DNA from: Alphaproteobacteria bacterium
Lineage (GTDB): Bacteria > Pseudomonadota > Alphaproteobacteria > UBA828
Assembly: GCA_965214705.1 (NCBI GenBank)
Contig: OZ243972.1
Span: 2,496,001-2,560,000, forward strand
Direction of reading: 5' to 3'
Length of the DNA stretch: 64,000 nucleotides
Below are positions 1 through 10,041 of this stretch, one piece after another. Position numbers and translations under genes: made by a program. Every line of letters starts with the position of its first letter. Position 1 is the first letter of the stretch. The notes below the pieces were generated by a model. It did not search any database, was not told where the DNA came from, and saw only the letters and a program-made list of their open reading frames with translations.

Positions 1-343
1 CCGGAAGAGTTCCCTCCCGCGCGCGCCGCCGCCACTTGGTCAGGGTCGTATCGCTGACGCCATGGCGGCGCGCGACCGCCGCAACCGAAGAGCCCGGCTC
101 AAAGCTCTCCGAGACAATCCGCGCCTTCTCATCGTCCGGCCAGCGTCGCATGGGGGCCGGCTCAGACGGAGCCGGGGCGGCTCCCTCAGAAGCTGGGATC
201 TCAACCGAAGCAACAGCGACACCGTCGCCAGATGCCAAAATCGAATCTGTCATCGCGATCTCTCCTGTGTGGCTCGTGGTCAAGGCGGAGAGTCAGCCCC
301 GAAATCAGATCCGCTGGAAGTATGGGGGCCCGATACCGCTTAC
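1..343 (-). mobile_element. IS66-family element copy 1, left end and start of tnpA (continues beyond the window)
   Basis: Reverse complement of the start of the element at 2039; terminal GTAAGCGGTA reads from 343 on the minus strand. Confidence 0.95.
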
Positions 344-2013
344 GAAGCACTGCCCCGCCTGTATGACGACTGCGCCACGTTGTTGGCCGCTCGGGACGTG
401 CTGGGGACGTGCTGGCCGGCGACGTCCAACTAAACTGGAGCGACGCGGTCCCCATCGGCTATTGGCGGGGTGTCACCGTCGGGATGCCCAACATCGCCGG
501 CGAGGCCGCGGAAGGGCCGCGGGTCATCGCCCTGGATCTGTCGCACGTGGGACTGAACGGGCGGATTCCCGCAGAGCTGTCGGCTCTGGACGCCCTTGCC
601 GTTCTGCGTCTTGGCAACAACCGGCTTGCGGGACCGATCCCGCCGGAACTGGGCGCCCTGACCGGGCTGCGGACGCTGGTACTGGAGAACAACGCGCTGA
701 CCGGCGAGATCCCGCCGGAACTGAGCGCGTTGCAGGCACTCGTTTGGTTGCGTCTTGGCGGCAACGAACTCACTGGCGGCATCCCGCAGGGACTGACCAC
801 ACTGACCGGTCTGCGGGTGCTCGCGCTGGAGAACAACATCTTGACGGGCAACGTCCATCCGCAGTTTGGCAACCTGTCGCGTCTGGAGGAGCTGCGGCTC
901 GAGAACAATCGTTTGCACGGAGCACTCCCCGAGGCTCTCGACCGGTGGGCTCATCTTGCGGTCCTCCGTCTGGGCGGCAACGCGTTTGCCGACTGCCTTC
1001 CGGCTACGGCGCGAGCAGCGCAGGTACGGCACAACGATCTGGATTCCGCCGATCTGCTCTGCGATCCTTCGCCCTGGACCAAACCGGGCCTGTTCGAAGA
1101 CGGCGCGCGTCTGATGCGCATGCGCGACACCCTGGCCGGCGACGCGCCGCTGAACTGGAGCTACGCTCGCCCCGTCGCGTCCTGGCAGGGCGTCACCATC
1201 GGTCGAGGGGGTCGCATCATCGCACTGGACTTGCGGGACATGAACCTGACCGGGCGGATCCCCCCGGAGCTGGGCGAGCTGGCCCATCTCCATCTGCTGC
1301 GGCTCGACGGCAACCGACTCACCGGCCCCATTCCACCGGAACTGGAAAACCTGACTCGTCTGACCATGCTGTCGCTGGACGGCAATCGCCTGATGGGTCC
1401 CATCCCGCAGGAGATCGCCAATCTGTCGAATCTCAGGCAATTGTGGCTGGCCCACAACCGTCTCACCGGTTCCCTCCCGCCCGAATTGGCCGGAATCAAG
1501 CGTCTCTCCCTGGCCGTCGCGGATAACGACTTCCAGGGCTGCATGCCGTGGCAACTGCGCGATCTGCGCAGCCACGATATCGATGACGGCTTCATCTGCA
1601 CTGCCCTGGCGAAGGGCAGACCGTTGCTTTGGAGACTGGGATTCGAGAAGGCCATGGAGGCGCCCGTCTTCGGTCACGGCCTGAGAACGTTGGCATATAT
1701 GGAAGGCGCCCCCATCGGACATCACGGCAAGCCGTTGGGCCCCCACAATCTCTACCTGACGTTGCTGGGCGAAGCGGGCATCGTCCCTCTGCTGCTGTTT
1801 CTGTCCGCCATCGTCCTGCTGCTGCGCGCGCAATGGGGCGCGCCGAAGTCGCTTGCCCGGGATGTGATCGTAGCCTGGGTCATCGTCATCGCCTTGTACT
1901 GCACGGCCTTCCAGCATCTACTCAAATTGGAAGCGTTCATGTTTCTCGCCGGGTTGAGTGTCGCGATAGGGGCGGTGCGCAGCGCCGGTGACCGATGTCC
2001 TGCGAAGGTGTGA
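344..2013 (+). pseudogene. Plant-type LRR protein fused to a C-terminal O-antigen ligase/Wzy_C membrane domain; 5' part cut off by IS66 and frameshifted near 393-414
   Basis: ORF 409..2013 has two blocks of 24-aa LxGxIPxELGxLxxLxxLxLxxNxL repeats, each after an 'RDxLAGD..LNWS..P...W.GVT' cap. These are followed by R..LW...P.FGHG, PHNLYLTLLGEAGI and hydrophobic helices. Upstream frame EALPRLYDDCATLLAARDVL starts at 344. Confidence 0.8.
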
Positions 2014-2098
2014 CAGTTGGCCGATGGCAGACTCCAGAGTAAGCGGTATCGGGCCCCCATACTTCCAGCGGATCTGATTTCGGGGCTGACTCTCCGCC

Positions 2099-2554
2099 TT
2101 GACCACGAGCCACACAGGAGAGATCGCGATGACAGATTCGATTTTGGCATCTGGCGACGGTGTCGCTGTTGCTTCGGTTGAGATCCCAGCTTCTGAGGGA
2201 GCCGCCCCGGCTCCGTCTGAGCCGGCCCCCATGCGACGCTGGCCGGACGATGAGAAGGCGCGGATTGTCTCGGAGAGCTTTGAGCCGGGCTCTTCGGTTG
2301 CGGCGGTCGCGCGCCGCCATGGCGTCAGCGATACGACCCTGACCAAGTGGCGGCGGCGCGCGCGGGAGGGAACTCTTCCGGGCGCTCGGATTGGTGGCTC
2401 TGCACCGCCATTTGTTCCCGTGGTGGTTGATAGCGTGACGTCCGAGCGGACGGTGGCGATCGAGGCGCTAGGCGTGGTCGTTCGCCTTCCGGTGGAGAGC
2501 GCGGTCGATCGGATTGTTGCGGTGGCCTCGGGCCTGGGCCGGGCGTCGTCATGA
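2099..2554 (+). CDS. tnpA: IS66 accessory protein TnpA (HTH)
   Basis: RRWPDDEKARIVSES..PGSSVAAVARRHGV..WRR motif. Confidence 0.9.
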   Translation: MTTSHTGEIAMTDSILASGDGVAVASVEIPASEGAAPAPSEPAPMRRWPDDEKARIVSESFEPGSSVAAVARRHGVSDTTLTKWRRRAREGTLPGARIGGSAPPFVPVVVDSVTSERTVAIEALGVVVRLPVESAVDRIVAVASGLGRASS

Positions 2555-2901
2555 TCGCGGCCCCCTCGCTTCGCATCGTGTTGGCGACGCGGCCGGTTGA
2601 TTTTCGTCGCGGCCACGACGCGCTTGCGGCGACGGCGGCGGGGGAGCTGGACCTCGATATCTATTCCGGGGTGATCGTGATCTTCCGCTCGCGCCGCGGC
2701 GACAGGCTCAAGCTCCTTGCGTGGGACGGCAGCGGTCTGGTGATGACCTACAAGCGTCTGGAGCAGGGCCGCTTCGCCTGGCCTCGGATCGAGGATGGTG
2801 TGATGCGCCTTACGAAGGGCCAGTTCGAGGCCCTCTTCGAGGGTCTGGACTGGCGCCGGGTGAAGGCCCGCCCGGTTCGCCGCCCGCTGGCGGCGGAGTG
2901 A
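2551..2901 (+). CDS. tnpB: IS66 accessory protein TnpB
   Basis: PVDFRRGHDALA..FRSRRGDRLKLL.WDG.GL..YKRLEQGRF.WP; ATGA overlap with tnpA. Confidence 0.93.
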   Translation: MIAAPSLRIVLATRPVDFRRGHDALAATAAGELDLDIYSGVIVIFRSRRGDRLKLLAWDGSGLVMTYKRLEQGRFAWPRIEDGVMRLTKGQFEALFEGLDWRRVKARPVRRPLAAE

Positions 2902-2909
2902 GGCGGCAC

Positions 2910-2948
2910 GCAGGCGGGGCCGCAGATTTCGGTCGCGGTCCCGCCTGC
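2910..2948 (+). terminator. GC-rich hairpin between tnpB and tnpC (repeated at about 25143-25181)
   Basis: GCAGGCGGG...CCCGCCTGC stem followed by ACTTTT. Confidence 0.5.
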
Positions 2949-2967
2949 ACTTTTCCCTGGTCATGCA

Positions 2968-4710
2968 TTGGCGAATCGGATTAAGGGGTGGCCCATGCCG
3001 AAGGTCACGCCCTCACCCCTCAGCAGCGCCGGTTCGCCGTCGCCTGCGGTGGTTTCGGCGGCGCTGGCGGCCCTGCATGCGGAGCTTGACGACGAGCGCG
3101 CGGCGCGCCGGGCGACGGAAGCAGCCCTATGCGAAGCGGAGCAGGCACGCGGCGCGGCGGAGGCGGCGAGGCAGACGGCGGAAGCGCGGGCGGCACGGCT
3201 GGAGGCCGAGAACGCGCAGAGCGCGGAGCAGATCAGCCGGCTTGAGCATCTCAACAAGGAGCTCAGGAAGGCGCTGTTCGGTCCGCGCTCCGAGAAGCTC
3301 GGCGAGGACGAGCGCCAGCTTACGTTCGAGGAGTTTTGGGCGGCGATCGCTGAAGCCGGCGGTCGGCCCGAGGCAGATGACCAGGAGCAGGACGAGGGGG
3401 CTGGCGGCAAGCGCCGGCGGCGCTCTTCCCGGGGGTCGCGCAGCGGGGTGCGCTTCGGGCCCCAGGTCGACCGGCGCGAGGAGGTGATCGAGCCGGACAC
3501 GATCATGTGCCCCTGCGGCTGCGGCGAGATGACGAAGATCGGCGAGGACCGCAGCGAGCGGCTGGACTATGAGCCGGCGAAGTTCACCGTCATCGAGACC
3601 GTGCGCCCCCGCTACGCCTGCAACAAGTGCAAGGGGGGCGGGGTGGTGCAGTCGCCGGCGCCGGCCGCTCTGGTCGAGGGCGGCCTTCCCACCGAGGCTC
3701 TTCTGGCGCAGGTGCTGATCGCGAAGTACGGCGATCATTGCCCGCTCTATCGCCAGTCGCAGATCTACGAGCGCTCGGGGATCGAGGTTCACCGTGCGAC
3801 GCTGGCGACGTGGGTGGGCCAGGCGTCGTTTCACCTGCGCCCCGTGGTCGCTTGCCTGGAGGATGAGCTGAAGAAGTCGGATCACCTGGGTCTGGACGAG
3901 ACCACGATCCGCGTTCTCGACCCGGGCCGGGGCAAGACGAAGACGGGCTACATGTGGACCCTTGTGCGTGACGAGCGCCACTGGAGCGGCACGGACCCGC
4001 CGGGCGTCGTCTATCGCTATGCGCCCGGCCGCGGCGGCAAGTATGGCGCCGAGCTTATGGAGGGCTTTTCGGGGACGGTGCAGCTCGACGGCTACTCGGG
4101 CCACAACATCCTGGCGCGGCCGGACCGGGCGGAAGGCCCTGTGACGCGGGCCCTCTGTTGGGCGCATGTAAGACGGAAGCTGAAAGAGGTATACGACTCG
4201 AGCGCATCGCCGATCGCGCTGGCCGGTCTGAATCGGATCGCGAAGCTCTATGCGATCGAGAAGAAGATCCGGGGCAAGCCGCCGGCGGAGCGCCGCGCGA
4301 TCCGTTGGGAGGAGTCGGCGCCGATCGTGAACACCTTCGGTGTCTGGCTCGACGAGCAGCGCTCGCGCGTCTCACCGCGCTCGCGTCTCGGCGAGAAGCT
4401 GACCTATATCGCCAACCAGTGGGACGGGCTGCTGGAGTTCCTGCACGACGGTCGTGTCGAGATCGACTCGAACCTGGTGGAAAACCGAATCCGGCCGCTG
4501 AAGCTCACCGCCAAGAACGCGCTCTTCGCCGGCAACGACGAGGGTGCGCAAGCCTGGGCCCGCATCGCCTCGCTGATCGAGACCTGCAAGATGAACGGCG
4601 TCGAGCCCTACGCCTGGATGCGGAGCACGCTCGAGAAGATCGCCAAGGGCCACCCGCAGTCGGGCATCCAGGAGCTTCTGCCGTGGAACTTCCAGCCCGA
4701 GGCAAAATGA
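2968..4710 (+). CDS. tnpC: IS66 transposase TnpC
   Basis: LFGPRSEK, CPCGC zinc finger, LDETT, LCWAHVRRK, IDSNLVENRIRP. Confidence 0.96.
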   Translation: MANRIKGWPMPKVTPSPLSSAGSPSPAVVSAALAALHAELDDERAARRATEAALCEAEQARGAAEAARQTAEARAARLEAENAQSAEQISRLEHLNKELRKALFGPRSEKLGEDERQLTFEEFWAAIAEAGGRPEADDQEQDEGAGGKRRRRSSRGSRSGVRFGPQVDRREEVIEPDTIMCPCGCGEMTKIGEDRSERLDYEPAKFTVIETVRPRYACNKCKGGGVVQSPAPAALVEGGLPTEALLAQVLIAKYGDHCPLYRQSQIYERSGIEVHRATLATWVGQASFHLRPVVACLEDELKKSDHLGLDETTIRVLDPGRGKTKTGYMWTLVRDERHWSGTDPPGVVYRYAPGRGGKYGAELMEGFSGTVQLDGYSGHNILARPDRAEGPVTRALCWAHVRRKLKEVYDSSASPIALAGLNRIAKLYAIEKKIRGKPPAERRAIRWEESAPIVNTFGVWLDEQRSRVSPRSRLGEKLTYIANQWDGLLEFLHDGRVEIDSNLVENRIRPLKLTAKNALFAGNDEGAQAWARIASLIETCKMNGVEPYAWMRSTLEKIAKGHPQSGIQELLPWNFQPEAK

Positions 4711-4798
4711 CTCGCGCGCTCACGGCGCTCCTCAAGAAATCCCCGTCGTAGTCAAGCCAGATTCCGGTATGGGGTCTGCGTACCGCTTACACTCCAGA

Positions 4799-6027
4799 TC
4801 GGGTTCGTGCTGCCCAACCTGGACGGAGGCGGTGCGCAGCGCGTCATTCTGAGCCTGGCGCGGTCGCTCATCGAGCGCGGGCACCGGGTTGACTTGGTGA
4901 TTCCCTGCTTCGCGGGAGACTACCGGGTCGCAATTCCCCGCGGCGTGCGATTGTACCGGGGACGGCTTCCTCACACCGACAGGAGGTTCCTGCGGGAAGT
5001 CCAAAGTTCGGGCGCGGAGGTAACAGCGCTCTGCGTGAACCCGGTCAAGGTCGCGTGGACCGGGCTGGTTCTCGGCCGGAAGCACCCTGGCGTGCGGGTC
5101 CGGTGGCAGCGTTCTCTCTATGCTTCCGTCCACATTCTGAACCGCTACCTCCGCGAGGCGCGTCCCGATGTGCTGGTGTCGGCGCTGCGGGTCGCCGACG
5201 CCGCCGCGGTCTGCGCCGCGCAGTTGACGGACCGGGCCGTTCCGGCGGTGGTCACGGTGCACACCAATGTCGCCGCCAGCTATGTGCCGGAGTGGCTGGC
5301 CGCCGCCCGGACGCTCTATCCGCTGGCCGACGCAGTGGTGGCGGTGTCCAGGGGCGTGGGAGAGTCAGTGCGGCGATCGTTGGGGGTGGACGCCGAGCGC
5401 ATTCACGCCATCTACAACCCCATTCCCGCCGACAGCATATGGCGGCTGGCGCAGCAGGAGGTCACGCACCCCTGGTTCGCGGACGGCGAGCCCCCGGTGA
5501 TCCTGAGCGTCGGGCGCGAGGCGCCCCTGAAGGACCACCCCACCCTGGTGGAGGCGTTCGGACTGGCGCGGCGCGAAGTGAACGCGCGGCTGGTTATCCT
5601 TGGCAAGCTCTCGGCGCCGTACCGGCAAAGGCTCCAGTCCCTGGCGCGGGGCCATGGCGTGGAGGAAGACCTCGGCTTCGTGGACTTCGACGAGAACCCG
5701 TACCGCTACATGAGGCGGGCCGGACTGCTCGCGCTGTCCTCGCGCTGGGAGGGTCTGCCGACAGTGGTCCTCGAGGCGCTGGCCTGCGGCACGCCGGTAG
5801 TGAGCACCGACGCGCCCTACGGTCCGCGGGAGATCCTCGGGGGTTGGGGCGAGCTGCCGCCGGTGGGCGATGCGCCGGCGCTGGCGCGGGCGTTGGTCGC
5901 GACGCTGCGCGGCGCGCGGCCGACGGAGGAAGCGCTGCGTGCGCGCGCCGCCGACTTTTCCGATGACAAGGCCGCCGACGCCTACGAGGCATTATTCCGA
6001 AAGCTGGTGAGGGAGCGAGCACGGTGA
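4799..6027 (+). pseudogene. GT4 glycosyltransferase paralog 1; first codons (TTG at 2017-2038) separated by IS66 copy 2
   Basis: Removing the IS and one TSD gives (M)ADGRLQIGFVLPNLDGGG, matching the paralog starts. SSRWEGLPTVVLEALACG GT4 motif. Could still be translated from GTG 4807. Confidence 0.85.
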
Positions 6028-7283
6028 GGTCGGATAAACTCCATGTCTGCGTCACGATGACCAATCTGGCCGGCGGCGGAGTGGAGCGCAACATTCTCCG
6101 CTTAGCGCGGTCACTCATCGAACGAGGACACCGGGTGGACTTGGTGATCCCCCGGTTCGCAGGAGACTATCTGGCGGCGATACCCGGTGGAATGCGTGTC
6201 TGGCGGGCCCGGATTCCCGGTACCGATAAGACGTTCTTGCGAAAGGTCCAGCGGGCGGGAATCGAGGTGGAAGCGATGACCGTCAACCCCGTCGGCGCCG
6301 CGTGTGCCTGGCTGGCTCTCGCCCGGAAGCATCCCGGCATACCGGTCATACGCGGCAGCGGCATGCGCTCCATCTATCCCTACGCCCATGTTCTAGCCCG
6401 CCACCTTCGCGAGGAACGTCCCGATGTGCTGGTGTCGGCGCATATGGGCCCCAACGCCATTGCGGTCTGCGCCGCCGAGTTGATGGGCCGGGCCGTCCCG
6501 ACGGTGATCACAGTGCGCAATAACGTTACCGCCGGCTATGCGCCGCATTGGCTGACGGCGGCCCGGACGCTCTATCCGCTGGCCGACGCGGTGGTGGCGG
6601 TGTCCAGGGGCGTGGCGGATTCCGTGCGGCGGTTCGTGGGCGTGGACGCCGGTCGTGTCCATGCCATCTACAACCCCATCCCTGCCGACAGCATATGGCG
6701 CCTGGCCCAGGAGGAAGTCGCGCACCAATGGTTCGGGGAGGGCGAGCCGCCGGTTATCCTGAGCGTCGGCCGTGAGGCGCGGCAGAAGGACCACCCCACG
6801 CTAGTGGAGGCGTTCGGGCTGGCGAGGCGCGAAGTGAACGCGCGGCTGGTTATCCTCGGCAAGCTCTCTGCCCCCTACCGGCAAAGGCTCCAGTGCCTGG
6901 CGCGGGGCTATGGCGCGGAGGAAGACCTCGGCTTCGTGGACTTCGACGAGAACCCGTTCCGCTACATGCGGCGGGCCAGGCTGCTCGCGCTGTCCTCGCG
7001 CTGGGAGGGTCTGCCGACCGTGGTCATCGAGGCACTGGCCTGCGGCACGCCGGTGGTCAGCACCGACACGCCATACGGTCCGCGCGAGATCCTTGGGGGT
7101 TGGGGCGAGTTGCCGCCGGTGGGCGACGCGCCGGCGCTGGCGCGGGCGCTGGTCGCGACGCTGCGCGGCGCGCGGCCGACGGAGGAATCGCTGCGGGCGC
7201 GCGCCGCCGACTTTTCCGATGACAAGGCCGCCGACGCCTATGTCGCGTTGTTCGAGAAGCTGGTGAGGGAGCGCGCGCGGTGA
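6024..7283 (+). CDS. GT4 glycosyltransferase paralog 2 (intact)
   Basis: GGGVER N-terminal motif; SSRWEGLPTVVIEALACG; GTGA overlaps on both sides. Confidence 0.92.
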   Translation: MRSDKLHVCVTMTNLAGGGVERNILRLARSLIERGHRVDLVIPRFAGDYLAAIPGGMRVWRARIPGTDKTFLRKVQRAGIEVEAMTVNPVGAACAWLALARKHPGIPVIRGSGMRSIYPYAHVLARHLREERPDVLVSAHMGPNAIAVCAAELMGRAVPTVITVRNNVTAGYAPHWLTAARTLYPLADAVVAVSRGVADSVRRFVGVDAGRVHAIYNPIPADSIWRLAQEEVAHQWFGEGEPPVILSVGREARQKDHPTLVEAFGLARREVNARLVILGKLSAPYRQRLQCLARGYGAEEDLGFVDFDENPFRYMRRARLLALSSRWEGLPTVVIEALACGTPVVSTDTPYGPREILGGWGELPPVGDAPALARALVATLRGARPTEESLRARAADFSDDKAADAYVALFEKLVRERAR

Positions 7284-8696
7284 AGTCGGACAAGCTCCAT
7301 GTCGGCTTTCTGCTGACCAGCGTGAACGGCGGCGGGGCGGAGCGCAGTATTCTCCGAAAGGCTTATCCCCTTACATCCGGCTTCTCCATATGTGGGGTGC
7401 CGGATCGCTGGGCACTTTACGGGCAACCCATTGAGACACGGAAGGAACTGCGACCGTGTCGGATACCGCCGCCGAGGTGGCCGGTACAACATGTTGGGGA
7501 ACCGGAGCCAGAGGGATAAGCCTTTTCTCCGATTGGCCCAGTCGCTCATCGAGCACGGGCACCGGGCGGATCTGGTGATCCCCAAATTCGCGGGAGACTA
7601 CCGGGCCGCGATCCCTGGCGGAATGCGCGTCTATCGGGCGCGGTTTCCCGGCACCGACAGGAAGCTGCTGCGGGAGGTGCAGCGGGCGGGAATCGAGGTG
7701 AAAGCGATGACCGTCAACCCCATCGGCATCGGCCGCACTTGGCTGACTCTCGCCGGGAAAGGCTTCAACCTACCCGTTCGAAGTCGTCACCGCGTCTATG
7801 CGTATGCATCCATGATCGCGACATACGTTCGTGAGGCGTGCCCTGATGTGCTGGTGTCGGCGCTGCCGGGCGCCGACGCCGCCGCGGTCTGTGCCGCGGA
7901 GTTGACGGACCGGACCGTTCCGGTGGTGGTCACGGTGCGCATCAACGTCGCCGCCGACTATACGCCGGAGTGGCTGGCCGCTGCTCGGACGCTCTATCCG
8001 CTGGCCAATGCGGTGGTGGCGATATCCAGGGGCGTGGGCGAGTCCGTGCGGCAATCGTTGGGGGTGGATCCCGGCCGCATTCATACCATCTACAACGGCG
8101 TTCCTATCGACAGCATACGGCAGCTGGCGCAGGAGGAAGTCACGCACCCGTGGTTCGCGGACGGCGAGCCGCCGGTGATCCTGTGCGTCGGGCGCGAGGC
8201 GCCGCAGAAGGATCACCCCACCCTGGTGGAGGCGTTCGGTTTGGTGCGGCGCGAGGTGAACGCGCGGCTGGTTATCCTCGGAAAGCTGTCGGCGGCCTAC
8301 CGCGAAAGGCTCAAGCGCCTTGCGCGGGGCCATGGCGTGGAAGCGGACCTCGGCTTCCTGGACTTCGACGAGAACCCATTCCGCTACATGCGGCGTGCGA
8401 CGCTGCTCGCGCTCTCCTCGCGCTGGGAGGGCCTGTCGATGGTGGTCATCGAGGCGCTGGCCTGCGGCACGCCGGTGGTCAGCACCGACGCGCCCTACGG
8501 TCCGCGCGAGATCCTGGGCGCGTGGGGCGGCCTGCCGCCGGTGGGCGACGCGCCGGCGCTGGCGCTGGCGCTGGCTGAGACGCTGCGCGGCGCGAGGCTG
8601 CCGGAGGTAGCGCTGCGGGCGCGCGCAGCCGACTTCTCCATTGACACGGCCGCCGAGGCCTACGAAGCGCTGTTCCGGAAGCTGGTGAGGCGATAG
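7280..8696 (+). pseudogene. GT4 glycosyltransferase paralog 3, interrupted by MITE-A
   Basis: MKSDKLHVGFLLTSVNGGGAERSILR joins LAQSLIEHGHRAD across the 7358-7524 insertion. Confidence 0.9.
7358..7524 (+). mobile_element. MITE-A copy 1 (167 bp, IS1595-type ends)
   Basis: IR AAGGCTTATCCC...GGGATAAGCCTT; TSD TTCTCCGA at 7350-7357 and 7525-7532. Confidence 0.95.
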
Positions 8697-8709
8697 TGCT
8701 GTCGAAGCC

Positions 8710-10041
8710 ATGACGCCGCAAGAGCCGGACAGGCCGCCCGGTCCGCGCACGACCGGCGGGCAGGATGCGGCCGTCGTGTTCGCGACCCAAGTTGGCAGGG
8801 TCATCTTCGGCCTGGCGATCCAGAGTCTTTTGGCCTACACGCTGCTGCCGGAGGGGCGCGGCAGCTTCGCCCTGTGCGTGGTGTTCGCAAGTGTTCTCGG
8901 CGTGCTCTTCACGCCGGGGGCGCGAGAAGGCGCGCAGTATTTCGTCATGACGAAGCAGGCGACGGTTTCGGAAGGCATTGGCGCCGCCCTGGCGATCTGC
9001 CTCGCCGGCGGGGGCTTCGCGATCGCACTGGTGGCTCCGTTCGTCCATAGCGAGTCGGCGTTCTTCCAGCAGGCGGAGACGCGCTCCTTCTACCTGGCGC
9101 TCGCCCTGGTTCCCGTCATGGCGTTCTCGATCGCCATGGAGTACCAACTCGCCGCGCTCCGGCGCTTCGGACATCTCGCGGCGTTCTCCCTGCTGCATGT
9201 CGCCGTGAACATCCTCGTTCTGCTGGTCCTCCTCTGGGCCGGGCGGCTCGGGGTGGACGGCGCCGTCGCGGCGGTCATTGCCGCGCATGGCTGCACGATA
9301 GCCTTGTGCGCGCGGTTCCTGCGGCGACGTCACGGGCTGGTTCTGGCCAATCCGTTCCACGCCCCTTCCGCGCGTATCGTCGGCTATGGCCTGCGGTTCC
9401 ATCCCGCGGGCCTAGGCGGCGCGCTGGAGATGAGCGCGGCCGTTCTCATTCTCGGGCTGTTCGCAAGCCAGGCGGAAATCGGCCTGTTCGCAACCGCGAG
9501 CGCTCTCGTGTTCCGACTGAAAATGATCTCGGACTCGGTCGGCAACGCGCTGCTGCCCCGTATCGCCGGCAGCGGCCGCCCGGAACTGACGACGCTCTGC
9601 CTGCGCGTCGTCTTGTGCGGCACCGCGACCGCGAGTCTCGCCGTGCTGGCGGTAAGCGAGCCGCTGGTCCGGATACTGTTCTCGGAGGCCTTCCTGCCGG
9701 CGGTCCCGCTGCTGTGGATCATCGCCCTCGGAGTACTCGCCTGCGCCTGCGCCGGCATACTTGGAACCTATTTCAAGGCCATCGACCGCCCGGGCGTCTG
9801 TTCCTGGGCCGTCTCCTTGGGCTTGGTAGCGAACCTCATTGCGATTCCCGCGCTCTATCCGGCGATCGGCGTCGAAGCCGCGGCCTGGGGGCTGACCCTC
9901 GGCATGAGCTGCCGACTCCTCATTCTCGCGGCGGCGTTCGGAAGAGCGACTGGAATGGGCTGGCTCTCAATCTGGCTGCCGCGACCCGGCGACGCGGTCT
10001 CCGCCTGGCGGGCATTCCGCGCCGCGCTCGGCAGCGGGTGA
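8710..10041 (+). CDS. Wzx-like polysaccharide flippase
   Basis: About 12 hydrophobic segments; LLPEGRGSF, IGLFATA and ILFSEAFLPAVPLLWI motifs; glycan-locus context. Confidence 0.8.
   Translation: MTPQEPDRPPGPRTTGGQDAAVVFATQVGRVIFGLAIQSLLAYTLLPEGRGSFALCVVFASVLGVLFTPGAREGAQYFVMTKQATVSEGIGAALAICLAGGGFAIALVAPFVHSESAFFQQAETRSFYLALALVPVMAFSIAMEYQLAALRRFGHLAAFSLLHVAVNILVLLVLLWAGRLGVDGAVAAVIAAHGCTIALCARFLRRRHGLVLANPFHAPSARIVGYGLRFHPAGLGGALEMSAAVLILGLFASQAEIGLFATASALVFRLKMISDSVGNALLPRIAGSGRPELTTLCLRVVLCGTATASLAVLAVSEPLVRILFSEAFLPAVPLLWIIALGVLACACAGILGTYFKAIDRPGVCSWAVSLGLVANLIAIPALYPAIGVEAAAWGLTLGMSCRLLILAAAFGRATGMGWLSIWLPRPGDAVSAWRAFRAALGSG

Larger units (their letters stand above)
2039..4790 (+). 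mobile_element. IS66-family element copy 2 (2752 bp, tnpA-tnpB-tnpC)
   Basis: Ends GTAAGCGGTA...TACCGCTTAC; 8-bp TSD ACTCCAGA at 2031-2038 and 4791-4798. Confidence 0.97.

Noticed and set aside
1-4790. IS66 copies 1 and 2 as a composite transposon around the LRR gene
   Set aside because: Copy 2 has its own perfect TSD inside a GT gene, so it is an independent insertion.
7392-7524. N-terminal extension MGCRIAGHF... of ORF 7392..8696
   Set aside because: It is read-through from MITE-A sequence; the true start is 7280.
9967-10041. 75-bp convergent overlap of the flippase and asnB
   Set aside because: Short tail-to-tail overlaps are common in GC-rich genomes; no further signal.
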